Assembly (NCBI RefSeq): GCF_009834535.1
Contig: NC_045707.1
Span: forward strand, 48,796,001-48,860,000
From: Camelus ferus
Lineage: Eukaryota
Length of the DNA: 64,000 nucleotides
Direction: 5' to 3'
Numbering within the stretch: position 1 is the first letter of the stretch; each line of letters opens with the position of its first letter. This document shows, one piece after another, positions 13,002-27,102 of the stretch. The notes beneath the pieces are model-generated. The model worked only from the letters and a program-made list of their open reading frames with translations. It did not search any database and was not told where the DNA came from. Position numbers and translations under genes: made by a program.

Positions 13002-15925
13002 GTAAGTAGAAAGCTGTGCCTCTCTTTGAATGATGTGTCTTCAAGGTTTTAAATGCCTAAGTTGTGCAACACAAATATGGCATCTGGCTCCATTTTTTAA
13101 AAAATGAAAATGTCAACAACGTATTTCTCTGGAATGTAGAAGAATTCCAGTTCAGTTACTCATCCCATATATGGCTTTTCTTTGGAGTGTTCAGATAAGA
13201 AACCATTAACCACATAGAATTTAAATATTCACTTTTTCAAATTTAATATTCTGGGCTAATGAATCCTGCTATGTTATCTCTTGATGTTTATCTGTTATTA
13301 TTTGCCTCCTCCATGACTTTGATTTATGTTCTACATTTATTTATTGGCAAGATCTAGCTAAGGGAGAAAACAAGTCCAGAAAAGGCACAGTTAACAGTAG
13401 CTTTTACATCTCTCCTGCTTGTCCCCAGAGCAGCCCACGTACGTGGTCTTCTCTGCCATCTTTACCTGGGACTCACCATGTTACTCTGCTATCATGACCA
13501 TCATCTGTCTCTGTTATCCCTGTTGTGGTGTGTGTGGTCTTCATGGTGTTCTTATGAGGACTGTAAGGAAGATTCAGGAGGAATATGATAAGGGTTTGGA
13601 ATATTTTCATAGTAGTATCACAAAGTCCCTTTTCTTATATACAACCTTTTACCTCATTTGATTTTCCCACCTTTCTCTTGCTGCCATAGTTTATTTTTCA
13701 TTCATCTCTGGGTGGGAGTTTGACCTGAACCACTTGGGCTGTTTATACACTCTTCTGGTCTTCTGGGAAATTTTTCAATTTAAATTCTACGGGGATTCAG
13801 ATGGGAAATTGACACTTACCATTCCGTACTCTTTAACAGAAGTTGGCAGAAGAGAAAAACCTATAATTTACAAAGTTTTTAAGATGGAAAATCAGGTGGA
13901 AAATACCAATTCATCCGTAGACAATTTTATCTGCAAAATAATCTATTGAAATTGTACATCTTTGTACCATGAAAATTGATTCCCTTGTCGTATGGGGTAA
14001 GGACATTGACACTTTTATCAGAAAAGCTTCAGTGTGCCTTATTAACATGATATGCTGTAATTCTGCAACAGCTTCATGTAACCCCTAGTAGGGCTGGGGT
14101 GTTCTCATGAAGGAGACCATGACTGCCATCTCTGAAATGCTACCCGTTCTTTCTTGTATCTGAAAAGCTTACTTGTCGTACAGTACATGGCCAAGCTATC
14201 AGAGCTAAACCCTTACAGTTGTTTCCAGGAGAAAATTCACTATGTGGCAATATATGGTTCCACATTATAAACATTTGTGGTTAAGAGGAAGGATGTTCGG
14301 ACAGGCCAAAATGCTAATGGGATTTAAGATGTTCAAAGGCTGAAGAAATCCATTAGACTTGGTGGGTAGAGGTTAGTCACAGGAGCAAGACTACCTCCTA
14401 CTCTGAGACAAAAAAAAAAAAAAAAATGGGAGAGATACAGATGCAGGAGCATTTGAGAGGGAAAGACCTGTTTTTTCATTGCATTAGTAAAAACATAATG
14501 AGCCAGTGTAAGAGATAAGATAGGTGGTCTATGGGAGAAATGCCAACAGCCACTCAGTGCCAGGCCGAGACTGAAACCACAGTGCCCAACACATACAGCC
14601 ATATGAAAATGAGTAGTTACGTTCACTTCTTCCATCTCCTTGACATTCAGTTATCCACATTTCAGGGACTCTTGCCCTTTCACTTTGCGTGTGAGTCTTC
14701 ACCTTAGTTTGTTTTGCTGCATAATAATTATGCACACCAACTTCCCACATTATCTTAAGATAAAAAGAACCCCTTAATGTTTCTCTAATATTAGAAAGTA
14801 TACGGCAAAAAAACTTTCTCATATTTCAAACTTGCAACTTTTAGCATTAGCCTAATCACAAATGTTCTTAATGTAAGGCAATTTGTAAAACAGAAAAAAT
14901 CAAAAGGGCACCAATAATTATTTAGTACATAATATGTGCTAGCAGTGTTGTGAAGTATTTTACATACCTTAATGAACGTAATTCATGCCGCACAGTGTGA
15001 TAGATATATTCACTTCTAACAAGAAGATCAGATAAACGTTCCAGATGGTAAATGGCAGAGGTAGAAAGCTAAAACAGACCTAATCCATGTTTTCTCCATT
15101 GTTCCATACTTTCTCAGAGGTAGGTATCAAATGCAAGATCCCTGGAATATGACTGATGAGTTATTTAAGACAACATTTTAGAGGAAATAACTGCAGTGTG
15201 TTTGGGCTTCCACTAGAATCATTGTTGCTAGAGTCTGAGAACGAAAGAGGTTAAAATGACAAGATAAAGGGCCAGATGAGGTTCATCGGAAATGACTTGG
15301 GCACCCGTAGGCAGTTTCTATGCACATACATAGATTATGCAGTCTACTGTCAGTCTTTGTGTCCATTAAAAACTAAATCAGTTTTTCATTTGTGGCAGCT
15401 TTTTGACCACAAAAGAAAAGGACATGGGCTGAGATGGTGGGCATCCCAGGATCTGCGTTTTGCTTTGGAGTTTATAATCATGTCATGAAGTGTGGTTGTT
15501 GGAAAATTCTTCAGAGGTCGTCTATTTTAAGATGCAGAAACCTAGGGTGCTTACACTGGTGAGCTTGTTTATACAACAGCACTAATATTAGATTTCTTCA
15601 GGCTAGACTGTTTCAAAACAATGCTTAGATAATATGACACACTCACTGAATGTCTTTCTGAAATCAAGTCTTTTTAAATCAAGAACTTAAATATATTCCG
15701 TTTGAAAAATTCTATTAAGTTTCCTGACCTATCATAGGTATTCTGTACTAAATACTGCTGGGCTATGTGGTAGTCTGAAATATTCCTTTAGTAGTTCCAA
15801 GTTCAAAGATACATCAAATGAGTGAGATAGATAAAATTAGAGATCTGACCTTTTTTTAAATGATTTTTTTTCCAAACTCATGTACTAAAAAAAATGATTG
15901 ATGTTTTTCATTCTTTAATTTTCAG

Positions 15926-16080
15926 AGTTTGAAGTAAAAAGCTTCTGTAAGATCCTGGGACCATTATCCTACTCCAAGATCAAACACTTGCGCCTGGACG
16001 GCAATCGCCTCACCCACACCAGTCTGCCTCCTGATATGTACGAATGTCTACGTGTGGCCAACGAAATCACTGTGAATTAG
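15926..16080 (+). CDS. LUM: Lumican, coding part of exon 3 (total protein 339 aa)
   Basis: Acceptor ttttcag| at 15925; reads (K)FEVKSFCKILGPLSYSKIKHLRLDGNRLTHTSLPPDMYECLRVANEITVN* with TAG at 16078-16080. 865+155=1020 nt, in frame. Not in the ORF track. Confidence 0.97.
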
Positions 16081-16741
16081 TATCTACTAATTCCAGTTAT
16101 GTTGAGGTATATCCTCGAACAGCATTTTATGGTTATGTTTATTTGTGTGTCAGTTTTATAGTATTCATTTTGTTGTTGTTGTTTATTCCTTGAATTTCAA
16201 ATTCTGAGGGAAAATGTTTTGTAAACATTTGACTACTTTTATAAAAGGAGAGATGAAAGGCAGGCCTATTTCATCACAAGCACAGACACATACACACATA
16301 TAGAAAACAAACTTAATGCTTTCTTTGTAAATTTAGTGTTTTCTACATCCTTACTGTCAAATGATGTGCAAAGCTTTTTACTGGTTTCATGGAAGTCAGC
16401 CAAGTTTTTTCATTCCTAAACTTTAACTTAATGTGCCAAAAAGCATGGTTACATACATATGAACGTTTCCTGTCTTAAAACAAATTATCTCAAGGTTCAA
16501 ATTTTAATGTTCAAATTTGTTTAGCTGAAAAATAGGTGGTAAATTTCCAGACCAATGATTTTGCAAACTATTAGACAAAATTCATGAAGCCATATACACT
16601 TAAAGCTGTATTTTTAGTGTCATGAATTTAATATACTTACCTAGTGAAACTCTTCTTTTCTAGAATTATTTTTTTCATTCTAAGTCATGTGTATGTTTCT
16701 TTTTGATTATTTGCATGTTATGTTTAACAAGCTAATACCAA

Positions 16742-16747
16742 AATAAA
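16742..16747 (+). terminator. LUM: LUM polyadenylation signal
   Basis: AATAAA ~660 nt after the stop codon, followed by CA dinucleotides and a GU-rich tract (tgtgtttggcttcttgtg). Confidence 0.7.
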
Positions 16748-16970
16748 ACATAGCAAATGGCATCACTGTGTTTGGCTTCTTGTGAAATTCGTATCTCTCA
16801 TGTAAAAAAGCAGATAAAATAATAGATTAGAACTCAAAAATATCTCTAGCCTGAAATAATTTTACTGTTAAATAGAATTTTTCACTAAATAGTCTGCTTC
16901 TAGCATCCACTTGTAAAGTTGTAAAAACTTATAAAGTTTTTAAAGATATTTTACAATATGTACTTAAAAG

Positions 16971-17733
16971 TGTGCAGATCCCAATTGTGTCCTGCAGTTC
17001 ATCTCAGTTCTGACACTAGGTACCTGGAGACAGTGTCAGATTGTACAGGTTAAGGGTTCAGTCCTGCAGGATGGCTCTCCCTCCCCACTTCAGATGCCAG
17101 TTGAAAGCCCAGGTTGTAACCTCTACTTCTGACCAACTGGTTATAAAGTTTCCCCAGAGTTTCCCTTCCTGGACTTGATGAATTTGCTAGAGCAGCTCAT
17201 AGAACAGGAAAACTTATTTACTCACTAGATTATGTGTTTATTATAAAATGTTACAACTCGGGAACAGCCAGATGGAACAGCTACATAAGGCAAGGTATGG
17301 GGAAAGGGTGCTGAGCTTCCTTGCTCTCTCCAAGTGTGCGCCACTCTCCCCAAATCTCCACAGTTTCAGCGATGAAAGCTCTCGGAATCTTGTTCTTTTG
17401 GGTTCTTGTGGAGGCTTTATTTCATAGACATGATTGATTAAACAACTGGCCATTGGCAATTGAGTTCAATCTCACCTGGGAGGTGTGGGGAAGGAACTGA
17501 ATGTTCAGACCCTTCTAATCACAGGGTTGGGTCACTCCGCAACCAGTCCCCCATCCTTTCTGAAGTCCCTTCAATAACATAACAAAAGATGCCTTTATTG
17601 CTCTTACTCAGGAAATTTCAAAAGTTTTAGGAGTTGTGAGCCGAACCTTGGACAAAGACTAAATACACGTAAGAAAGACTAAATATACATTAAGATGACC
17701 AAATATATATTTCTTATAAACCACAATGTTACA
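16971..17733 (-). mobile_element. MER21-like solo LTR
   Basis: Minus strand begins TGTAACATTGTGGTTTATAAGAAATATATATTTGGTC and ends ...TCTCCAGGTACCTAGTGTCAGAACTGA...GGACAC, like the recalled MER21 consensus; internal AATAAA on minus at ~17240. Confidence 0.8.
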
Positions 17734-19799
17734 GTACTTAAATCTCACAATATCCTTGGATATTTGTCATTTATTCCCGTTCCTGTTGGTTTTACTGACT
17801 TTTTGCAATGATTTTCCATTAAATAAAAAGGAAGTGTAAGATCTCAGCAACTACTAGTTGGTTGTAAGCAAAATGGTGGATAACTTCCAGCACTAAAAAT
17901 GTTGAATATATATAAATGTTTCTGAAAATGAGATTTAAAAGATCAATTTATCTTGAAACCAATATATTTGTAACATAGGGTTAGAGTTTATAATCCAGAA
18001 AGTTTTCAGCTTTTTATATTATGAGTATCCTTGACTCTATACAATGAAAAATATAATTAACTTCTACCTTACCTAGGTAATACTAAAGCATATGTTTAGA
18101 GCCAGATGTTGCACATCCAAAGATAACACTCATCCCGTATGAGTGAATATATAGTCTCAAATGTGCCTCAAACAAAGGCAGTGTCTCTTGAAAGCATCAT
18201 ATGTTTTAACAACATTTTTAGTGAACCCTGTCTTATGGTAAAGTGGCCTGTCATCAAAGGACTATTCTCCATTGAGACTGCACAGATTGGCTGATGACTG
18301 ACCCACACATTACATTAAGTACACCATGCATTTTTGATCATCATGTCTTTTCCACATAAAGGTAAGTTCCTTGAGCTGTGATAGTACTTTCAGGTCATTT
18401 CTCCATATAAACTTAAAACCTATTTTCTCCCAATAAAACTGTAATATAGAAGAAATGAAAATAATTTATTCTTGCCCTCTCTATAAAAAATCACCGTCAA
18501 TCCTTTGAAATTTACTCTCAACTAGGTAGTAGAGAATGTGCCGTAAATTTTTTTAGAAAGAATGTTTTAGGCTTAAACAAGCTTTGTCTCTATATCACTT
18601 AGAAAAAACATCTTTTCAGCTGACAGTCTACATCTTTAAAAGTCTTTACTTTATCACAATCCAAAGTCATTTTTTATCCCTCAGCCTAAATAGCAAAACT
18701 ATAACTCTTAAAACAGCAAATTCCCTCATGGTTAATGTTGGTTGACAAGGACCAAATTAAGTACACAGTGACATTTCCTGTAGTAGCATCTGAGGAAGGT
18801 GTTAGTTAGATCCTGTCTGGGGACAGGTCCCCTTTCTAGAGGCCAGACCTCATCTCTCCAGGGCAAAGCTGGAGAAGAGGCGCATCCTGCTTGCTCCTGG
18901 AAAATGAAAAAAGTCCTTCCACATCTCCATTTGAAAATCAAGGCTAGGTCATGCCTTTATGGTAAAGGAGAACTATGATGTACTAGGGCTTTGAGGTTTG
19001 TGAGGAATTATTGTGCCCTAATAAGTACAAAAATACAGATGGAAGACAGACCACTAAATGAACCAGAGGAATGTTGATTTCTTAGTTAAAAGTTCTCCAA
19101 CTGGTAATAGCTGTTTTCAGAAATCCTGGAGAGTTTAAAAGGTTGGTTTTACAAAGGGCCATGAATTTTTTTCCTTTGTGATCTTTTAAGTTTGGACTTC
19201 CAGTTTTTTTCTATAGCTGTAATTTTATCATAATGATGGCCTTAGATTTTTCTTTGGTTGGATTTTGCAACCGTCATGCATACTTGCTCAATATTTTACT
19301 CACAAGTAAAAGAAAATGCTCATTTGAGTTAAAGTGAGCTCTAAGACAACTTTACTACTAGGAACTAAAAATGCATATAAAATAACAGTGTTACAAAATT
19401 TAAGGTAGATATGCACATACCATAAGTATACGAAATAAATTTAAATGAATTTTTAAAATACTAGCCAGGTATATTTATTTATTCACACGTACATTCAGTA
19501 GATTTTGTTTCCTAATAAGGTATAAGAAATTGAACTATAGGGTATGTGCAGAAAAGCAGAAATTTAGGCAACATAAAATGAGTGAGGTCCCAAGCATCTT
19601 CGTCTCACTTTGATAACCCCAGGGTTCCACATCTACTGTGTAGTGTCTCCTCTTTCACGTTTTGATTGACCCACAGAGTATCACCTACATTGTGTGTCTT
19701 GTCCCCTTAAAATGTAACTGCTATTCTATAAAAGAGAATGCATTCTGTGTTTTAAAAATACTTAAGAGCCTGAGCTACTTAACCTATAAATTATGTCTC

Positions 19800-20300
19800 A
19801 AATAAACCCTTTTCTACTCTCACTACCACTGCTTTAAGATTTGCTCAATTTTCATCTAGATTTCTGAAGACTCTCATGTTTTGCCTAACTAACTTTGTCA
19901 CCTACAGTGTTACCAGAGTGAGTTTCTTAGTATGTAAACTTGGTCCTTTATTATTTACTTGCTTAAAACTATTCAAAAATGCATCATCATTTTCAAGATG
20001 AGACCCAGGCTCCAAATGCAGCATACAAGTCACCCAGGATTATCAGATGTCCCACGCGATCTGGTCTTTGGTTACCTTGAGAGCCTCGTCTCTTACCAGG
20101 CTTGCCAGGTCCCACTGCATCATATTTAATCACTCGACAGTGCAACCATACTTATCATTTTGCAGCTGGTTTTGCTCTGGTGTCTATGAAAACTCTGTCT
20201 TTTCTTCCTGGGACCTCTTTAGGCTCTTTCTACTTGGAAATACCTATACATCTTTCACACTCACCTTAAACTACTCTGTTCTTTTGCCATAAATTGCTCT
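19800..20300 (+). mobile_element. L2 fragment
   Basis: ccagagtgagtttcttagtatgtaaacttggt...cttgcttaaaactattcaa..gcatacaag resembles the L2 3' region. Further L2 pieces at ~20415-20680 (-) and ~21260-21747 (+). Confidence 0.55.
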
Positions 20301-21747
20301 GAACCTCCTCAGACAAAATTAGTACCCTTTATCATAAAAATGAAAATTCTTCATCAAAGTTCTAAGTGAGAATGAACGACTCCCTCTGTTGGGCCTCCAC
20401 CTGTAACTTTTCCATTAATTCATTCAACAAAGATTCATGGAGCTGTTACTCTACTCCAGGAATGGTGTAGGCATTTGGAATTCAGTAGTGAATAAGACCA
20501 ACAAATCACTCCCCTCACAAAGTTAACATTCATAAAGAATTCAAACATTAAGTGGATAAATTCATACTCTGTGACTTGATGTTAGGTAGTGCTACCTACT
20601 ATGCAGAAAAATGGCCTGCCTGAAAGGATAAGGGGACGGAGGGGAAGTGGTGATTTTAATTGGCTGATAAGCCTTTTTGGAGAAGAGACTTAATTGTAAT
20701 AATATTTATTTAAATTTTATTACATATTAGATACTTCAGGTAATGTATTTTATGTATTATTTTAGCTTAAATAATACCTATATGGTACACTCCTACTTAA
20801 CAGAAAAGAAAAACTGGGATGTAAGGTCAGACATATTTTAAGTGTTATAACCTCATCTGAGGCCAGATTTCTACTGTCAGAGTACATGTTTTAACTTGGT
20901 AAAGTCCCATGGCATCAAGAGGTGCTTAGATGTGTTTATATGTGTGTCTTTAAATTCCCTCTTCCCACCTTGACAAAACACAGAATCTGGTGGTAACTTC
21001 TGAATAGAGTTCCTGGAATCAGACTGGTGAGGAGGAATGTGTCATGAAGGTCAATCTTGACCCAACTCGTTCCTGGCAAGCTCCAGTACAATTGCTTCTG
21101 TTTTGGTCTCTTTAACTTTATGCAAAATAGTTCAGTTTATTTTAATTCACAGGGTTCATCCACTTCTCTCTATTAAGTCTATTTTTAATAGAACATTCTC
21201 TCCCTTAAAACTTGGGGTAATGGATATAGGAGTATCAATCTATTTCCTCTTATTTAATCTGTCAACATAAGTTCTGGCTAGACTTTCAAAATATGTCACA
21301 AATCTGACTGTTTGCCACTACTGGTCCAGTCCACTAACATCTCTCTTGAACTAAGGCAATAACTTCCTTGTGAATTTCAAAGTGTATTTAAGAATGGAAT
21401 CTGATAGTTTACTGTCAAAGAAAGGTCAGGATGAGTCTTGAAAAAGATAAGACAGATTATGTCCTACCCCAATCTTATATACTTGAAGTATCTTCTCAAC
21501 ACACTTAAAATATAAAGCCCTTACCACGACCTTCAAGGTCTCATTCTCTTATCACTCTTCTTGCCCTCTCCTCTCCAACCATATTTGTCTCCCTGCTTAT
21601 TGAACATGCCAAATACATTCTTAGTCTGGGTTTCTTGCATTTGTCTCTGCCTGTGATCCAGCTGTATACATGGTTTTCCATACTTCACTCTGATCTTCAA
21701 CCAACAGAGACATCTGCATAGAGTGGCCTTCACTAATCACCATATAC

Positions 21748-23250
21748 AAAAAATTTGTATGGAATCCTCAAAGCATCCTCAACTCATCAAAGCAATTTTG
21801 AAGAAGAAGAGAGTTTAATTCTCACACACACTACAAATACTACAAAGCAACAGTAATTAAAACTATATGGTACTGGCATAAAAACAGATGTACAGACCAA
21901 TGGAAGAGAATAGAGAACCCAGAAATAAACCCTTACACATATGGCTAAATGTTTTTTGGCAAAGGGCGCCAAGTCTGCACAATGAGGAAACAGCAATTTC
22001 TTCAATAAAAAGTGCTGGAAAAATCTGAATATCCACAAACTAGAGAATGAAATTGTACTCTTATCTTAGACCATATACAGGATTTAACTCAAAATGGGTT
22101 AATGATCTAAATATAGAATCTAAAACTGTTAAACTCCTAGAAAAAAAAAAAAACAGGGAAAAAGACAATTAGATTTGGCAATAATTTTTGAATGTGACAA
22201 AAAAAAGCAGACATAAAAAATAAAAAATAGACCAATGTGATTACATCAAACTTAAAAAGTTTTGTGTGTCAAAAGAAACTATCAATAAGGTGAAAAGAAA
22301 ACCTATGGAATGGAAGAAAATAATTGTAAATCATATATCCAATAAGGAGTTAATATCCAAATGCAAAAGGAACTTCTACAACTCAACAATAACAACAAAA
22401 CTCAAAATAACTTGATTAAAAATAATCAAAGAATAGACTACTCCAATGAAGACATACAAATGACCAATAAGCACATTAAAAGATGCTCAGCATCACTAAT
22501 CATTAGAGAAATACAAAACAAAATCATAGTGAGATACTACTTCATACCCATTGGGATGGTTATTTTCAAAAGAACAGAGAAGAAAAATGTCATTAAAGAT
22601 GTGGAGAAGTTGAAACCCTTGTGCAGTATTGGTAGGAATGTAAACTGGTGCAGCCATTTTGGAAAAAAGTATGGAGGCTCCTCATACAGTTAAAAATAAG
22701 ATTACCATATGATCCAGTAATCCTACTTCTGAGTATTTATCCAGAAGAATTCAAAGCAGGATCTTGAAGAGATACTTGCATACTCATGTTCACTGCAGCA
22801 CTATTCACAAAGGCCAAGAGATGGAAGGAACCCAAATGTTCATCAATAGATAAATAGTTAATGAATATGTGGTATATACATACAATGGATTATTATGCAG
22901 CCTTAAAAAGGGAGAATATTCTGTTACATTCTAGAATAAGAACAAACTTTGAAGATACTATGTAAGTTAAATAAACCAGTCACAAAAGGGCATATGCAGT
23001 ATAATTCCACTCATATGAAATATCTAAAATCACAGAAACCGAAAGTAGAAATGTGGTTACCAAGTATTGGGGGCAGGAGAGTGGGGGAATTAGTGTCTAA
23101 TGGATATAGAGTTTCAGTGGTGTGAAATGGAAATGTTCTAGAAATTTGCTGCACAACAATGTGATTATAATTAACACTACCAAAGTGTGTGTTTAAAAAT
23201 GATTAAAATGGTAAATTCAATATTATATATTTTTACCATATTAAAAAAAA
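21748..23250 (+). mobile_element. L1 (L1MA/MB-like) ORF2 3' half + 3' UTR
   Basis: ORF2 motifs ([46 protein letters not shown] in ORF 22361-22693, YDP.I.LL.IY); ends in an A-rich tail at ~23250. A second L1 3' end follows at ~23251-23356. Confidence 0.9.
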
Positions 23251-23359
23251 TCTAAAATTGGACATTGATGATTGCTGCACAATTCTGTGAATAAAATTTA
23301 AAAAGCCCACTGAATTATACACTTTGGAAACGTGAATTTTATTGTTGTAAAAAAATCAC

Positions 23360-26300
23360 TATGGTTGTAAAAAATTAATAAATAGGAAAAAAATTGGAAA
23401 TAAAGAAACAAATGGTAATTTTAGAAATGCAACATATAAATGTTGAAATAAATAGGGAGTTTTAGCAAAACAGGTACACTTGATAAAACAAGTTCAATGA
23501 ATAAAGAACATATTAAATATGGTTAGAGAGAAAATTAATGATATGTAAGATATATAAGTGGAAAAGCTTTAAAGAATGCTACAAAGAGATAAAAACATAG
23601 AAAACAACAAAAAAGTGACTTTTAGAATTAAGAAAGCTAGAATACTTATTTTTAATATAAATCTAAGAGGAGACCTATAAAGAAAGAATTGAAAAAATGC
23701 AGGAGAAAAAAATATTTTAAAAGCTAACACCTGAGAATTTTTTAGAACTGATTAAAACAGATGAATCCATTAATCCAAGAAGGAAAAATTACTTACAAAG
23801 AAACATCAGTTAGAATGATAGCAGAAATCTCCATAAAAAAGAAAAATGGAAGTCAGAAGATGGTGGTATAACATCTTCAAGTACTTGGGAGTAAAAATCT
23901 GATAATATGTATATTTGTGAAAATTAATTAAAAAACTATTTCAAAATAAAGACATGTATGGTTTACCACCTAAGATATTTTAAAAAATAGTCTTCAAGGA
24001 GGAAAATGATCTCAGAAGAACTGTTTAAAGAGTAAGAAAAAATTGAACAAGTTAAATGACAAAATTTTAGAGAAATAAAGCATAGTAAATATCAAATTAT
24101 AATGGTTATGTTTATGTAATTTTTAAAAAGGACAGTAGAAATATTATATATAATTGATATGTAAAAGTATGTAAATTAGTAAAAGAAAGATAAATGAACA
24201 TGTTTTAAGCCCTTTCTAATTAAAGAAAGGTGTCAGCCTATTGTTTTATTTTCCTAAGATAATTTCGCACAGTAAAATTTTAAAAGTAAGAAAAATCTTT
24301 AAAATCTATAAATTAAGACCCAATATATATAATCTGACTAAGAAAAAAAAGAAAGATTTAATAAATCAAACTTAAAAAGACAAAGGAGGAAAAAAATTTT
24401 TTTAAACAGACAGAAATAAAGTTAAGATGGTAGAACTGAGTGTCAGTATATCAACATTCACAGTAACACTGAATTCATCAGCTAAAAAAATATGGCTTGC
24501 CATAATAACAGGGAAAAGGAAAATGTAAAAAGGCAGAAAAAGACATATGGGGTAAATACTAGTATGAGATCTGGTGTAACTCTAATCATATCAGACAAAA
24601 CACACGTTAAGACAAAATAAATAATTATTATATTATACAAATAACAGTGAAAATTGTGTATCAAAATAAGTTGAATCTATGATATGAGTAGTTCAATAAT
24701 AATTTATTAAGGCTTTAATCATGCTACTGAATTGGAAATTAATGTAATAAATATTTAATTTGAAAAAGGATGATTTCCTTTAAAATATGAAATGAAAAAT
24801 ATGTTCATTATCACTATTTCTGTTCAGCATTTTCTTGGCAGACCTTGCTAGCTCAATGGAAAAATAAAAAGAATGGACTGCATTAAGAATTAAAAGAAGA
24901 GAATAAAACTCTAAATTTTTGCAGATCATAAGATTACCTACATAGAAAACAAAAGATTCTACAGATACATTATTAGAACTAGTAAGAGAAATTAGCATTT
25001 ATTTACTTATTGAATCTCAGGTCTAATACCATTTCTTTATGTTCTGTGATGCTGGGCATGGGACTCTGATAACTAGTTGCTAGTTGCCTTTACCTGCAGA
25101 GGTTGAAACACTAGAGGAGAACTGATACGTGGAAGGAGAAGAAAAGGGACTTCCAGTGTAGGTCGTTTTGAGAATTTCTCAACTGATTCTAAAATTTATG
25201 TAGAAAAGCAATAAACCAAGAATAGCCAAGACACATCTGATGAAAAATGATGGTGGGCTTGTCCAACAACAGGACAATATAAATAATTAAGATAGTGTGG
25301 TACTGACAAAGAATAGAAAAACTGATCAATAGGATAGAATAGAAAATATATATCCATATTCTCATTTATATGGAAATTTGATATATGAGAGATAACACTG
25401 CATACCAATAGGGAGGGTAGGAACTAGTCAATAAAAATAACTGGGAAAATTGAAAATCCACAAAGAAAAAACGTTAACTTGAATTTTCCCTCTCACCCAC
25501 AAAATCAATTCCAAACAGATTAAGTGATGTCACCCACAAAATTTAAAAATATTTAGAAGAAAAAAAAAGGTGAGTATATTTCTGATGTGGAGTCAGGAGT
25601 GATTTCTTAAGACAAATCATTAAGGAAGAAATTGATGAATTGGACTAAGTCATTATTAAGACTTTCTTTTCATCAAAAAATATTGTAAGAGGTTGTTCAA
25701 CTCATTAGAAATTAGGACAGCGTAAAATAAAACCAGCAAAAGGATGTAATTTTTGCCTATTCAACTGTTAAAAATTAACTTTGACAATTTAAAAGATTGG
25801 AAGAGACATAACTTTCCTTATTTATTAATGGCATGAATGTAAATTGGTAGAACTACTTCAGTGAACAATTTGGCATTATCTTGTAAAGTTAAAAATCCAC
25901 TTATCCTATAACCCAGCAATTCCTTTTCTACAGTGTTTCTTAAATCTTAATGTGACTATAAATAGTATAAAGATCTTGGTAAATTGCAAATTTTTAGGTA
26001 TGAACCAAGATTTCATGCTTTTAGCAAGCTCCCAGGTGATACTCACACTATCAGTCAGCTCATACTTTGAGTAGCAAAATAAACCCGACACAAATTTGCA
26101 TATGTGCAAAGGGAGATGTTTATAGAATATCCATAATGGTTCTTTAAAAAATAGGAAGAGTGACAATAACCCAAATGTGCATCAATAGAAAAATTAGTAA
26201 GACGTAGTGTCCAATGAGCTATTACACTGTAGTAAAAAGGACTGAACTATAGCTAAACACAATAAGATGGATGACTCTTGGTAACAGAACAACTGAATGA

Positions 26301-26585
26301 AAAAGCAAGTCTGAGAAACTGTGATATACTTTTCATAAAGTTCAATGCTAAATAAAATAAGACAATATATTGTTTATGTATAAATATATGTGATACAGTT
26401 ATGAATTATGAACACAAAACCAAAATCTGATAAACACAAAATTCAGGACAATGGTTTTCATAATGAGAGTGGCCATTAGAAGGGCAGCACAGGCACAAAG
26501 GAAATAGGTTCACGGAGGTTACAGGCAACACTCTGCTTCTTGGACTGGATGCTTTACCCATAGGTGTCATTATGTTATTAAAAAA
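23360..26585 (+). mobile_element. Older fragmented L1M (ORF1/ORF2/3' UTR pieces) with nested insertions
   Basis: Strong A-rich + strand bias; ORF2 remnants (ttttgcagat..attacctacatagaaaac..aagattctacaga..tattagaactagtaagagaaattagc; aactgattctaaaatttatgtagaaa). A possible LTR fragment is nested at ~25015-25165. Confidence 0.7.
25931..26078. mobile_element. MER5-like hAT MITE
   Basis: Starts cagtgtttcttaaa, contains ttttagcaagctcccaggtgat, ends catactttgagtagcaa; nested in L1. Confidence 0.7.
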
Positions 26586-26784
26586 AAAAGGATTTCAAAA
26601 ATACATCAAAGTGAAGAGAAAATAATATCTAATACTATGTATTTTAGTACTTTCTACATATTTTAACATATTTTTCTCCACTCAATATTCTTATGCTTTA
26701 AGTCATCAAATTACAAATGAAGCAACTAAGGAACAAAGAAGTAAGGTGACTTGCCCAGAGTTGTATAACTAATAAATAGCACCC

Positions 26785-27007
26785 AGAGGTTTCTCAAGAC
26801 ACAAAACTAGAGAGCATCCTTGCTTCTCTTACTTCTGAACCTCACATCCAGTTCATCAGCAATTTTTAATGACTAGACCACCAAAATGTATGCCATATTT
26901 GTCCATTTGCCCCCATCTCCACTTCTACCTTCCCTAGAGCAAGCTTCAGTTAGGCTGGTCTGAACAACCTCAATGTTTCTAACTAATCTTTCTGTTCCTT
27001 CTCTTCC
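26785..27007 (+). mobile_element. L2 fragment (interrupted by MLT1)
   Basis: aaaactagagagcatccttg..cctcacatccagttcatcagcaa..ccatctccacttctaccttccctag..ttctaactaatctttctg is colinear with the recalled L2 consensus. Confidence 0.7.
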
Positions 27008-27100
27008 TGTTATGGGTTGAACTGGGCCCCCTAAATATTCTTATGTTGAAGTACTAACCTCAGTGCCTTAGAATAACCCTATTTGGAGGTCTCTGTAATG
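27008..27100 (+). mobile_element. 5' stub of an MLT1B/C-type MaLR LTR
   Basis: TGTTATGGGTTGAACTGGGCCCCC..TTATGTTGAAGTACTAACC..AGAAT..TATTTGGA matches the MLT1B/C 5' end; similarity stops after ~90 bp. Confidence 0.8.
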
Positions 27101-27102
27101 AT

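Noticed and set aside
12239..13052. Overlapping or antisense ORFs within LUM exon 2 (also 49392-49613 in KERA)
   Set aside because: Short shadow ORFs of real coding sequence, with no independent support.
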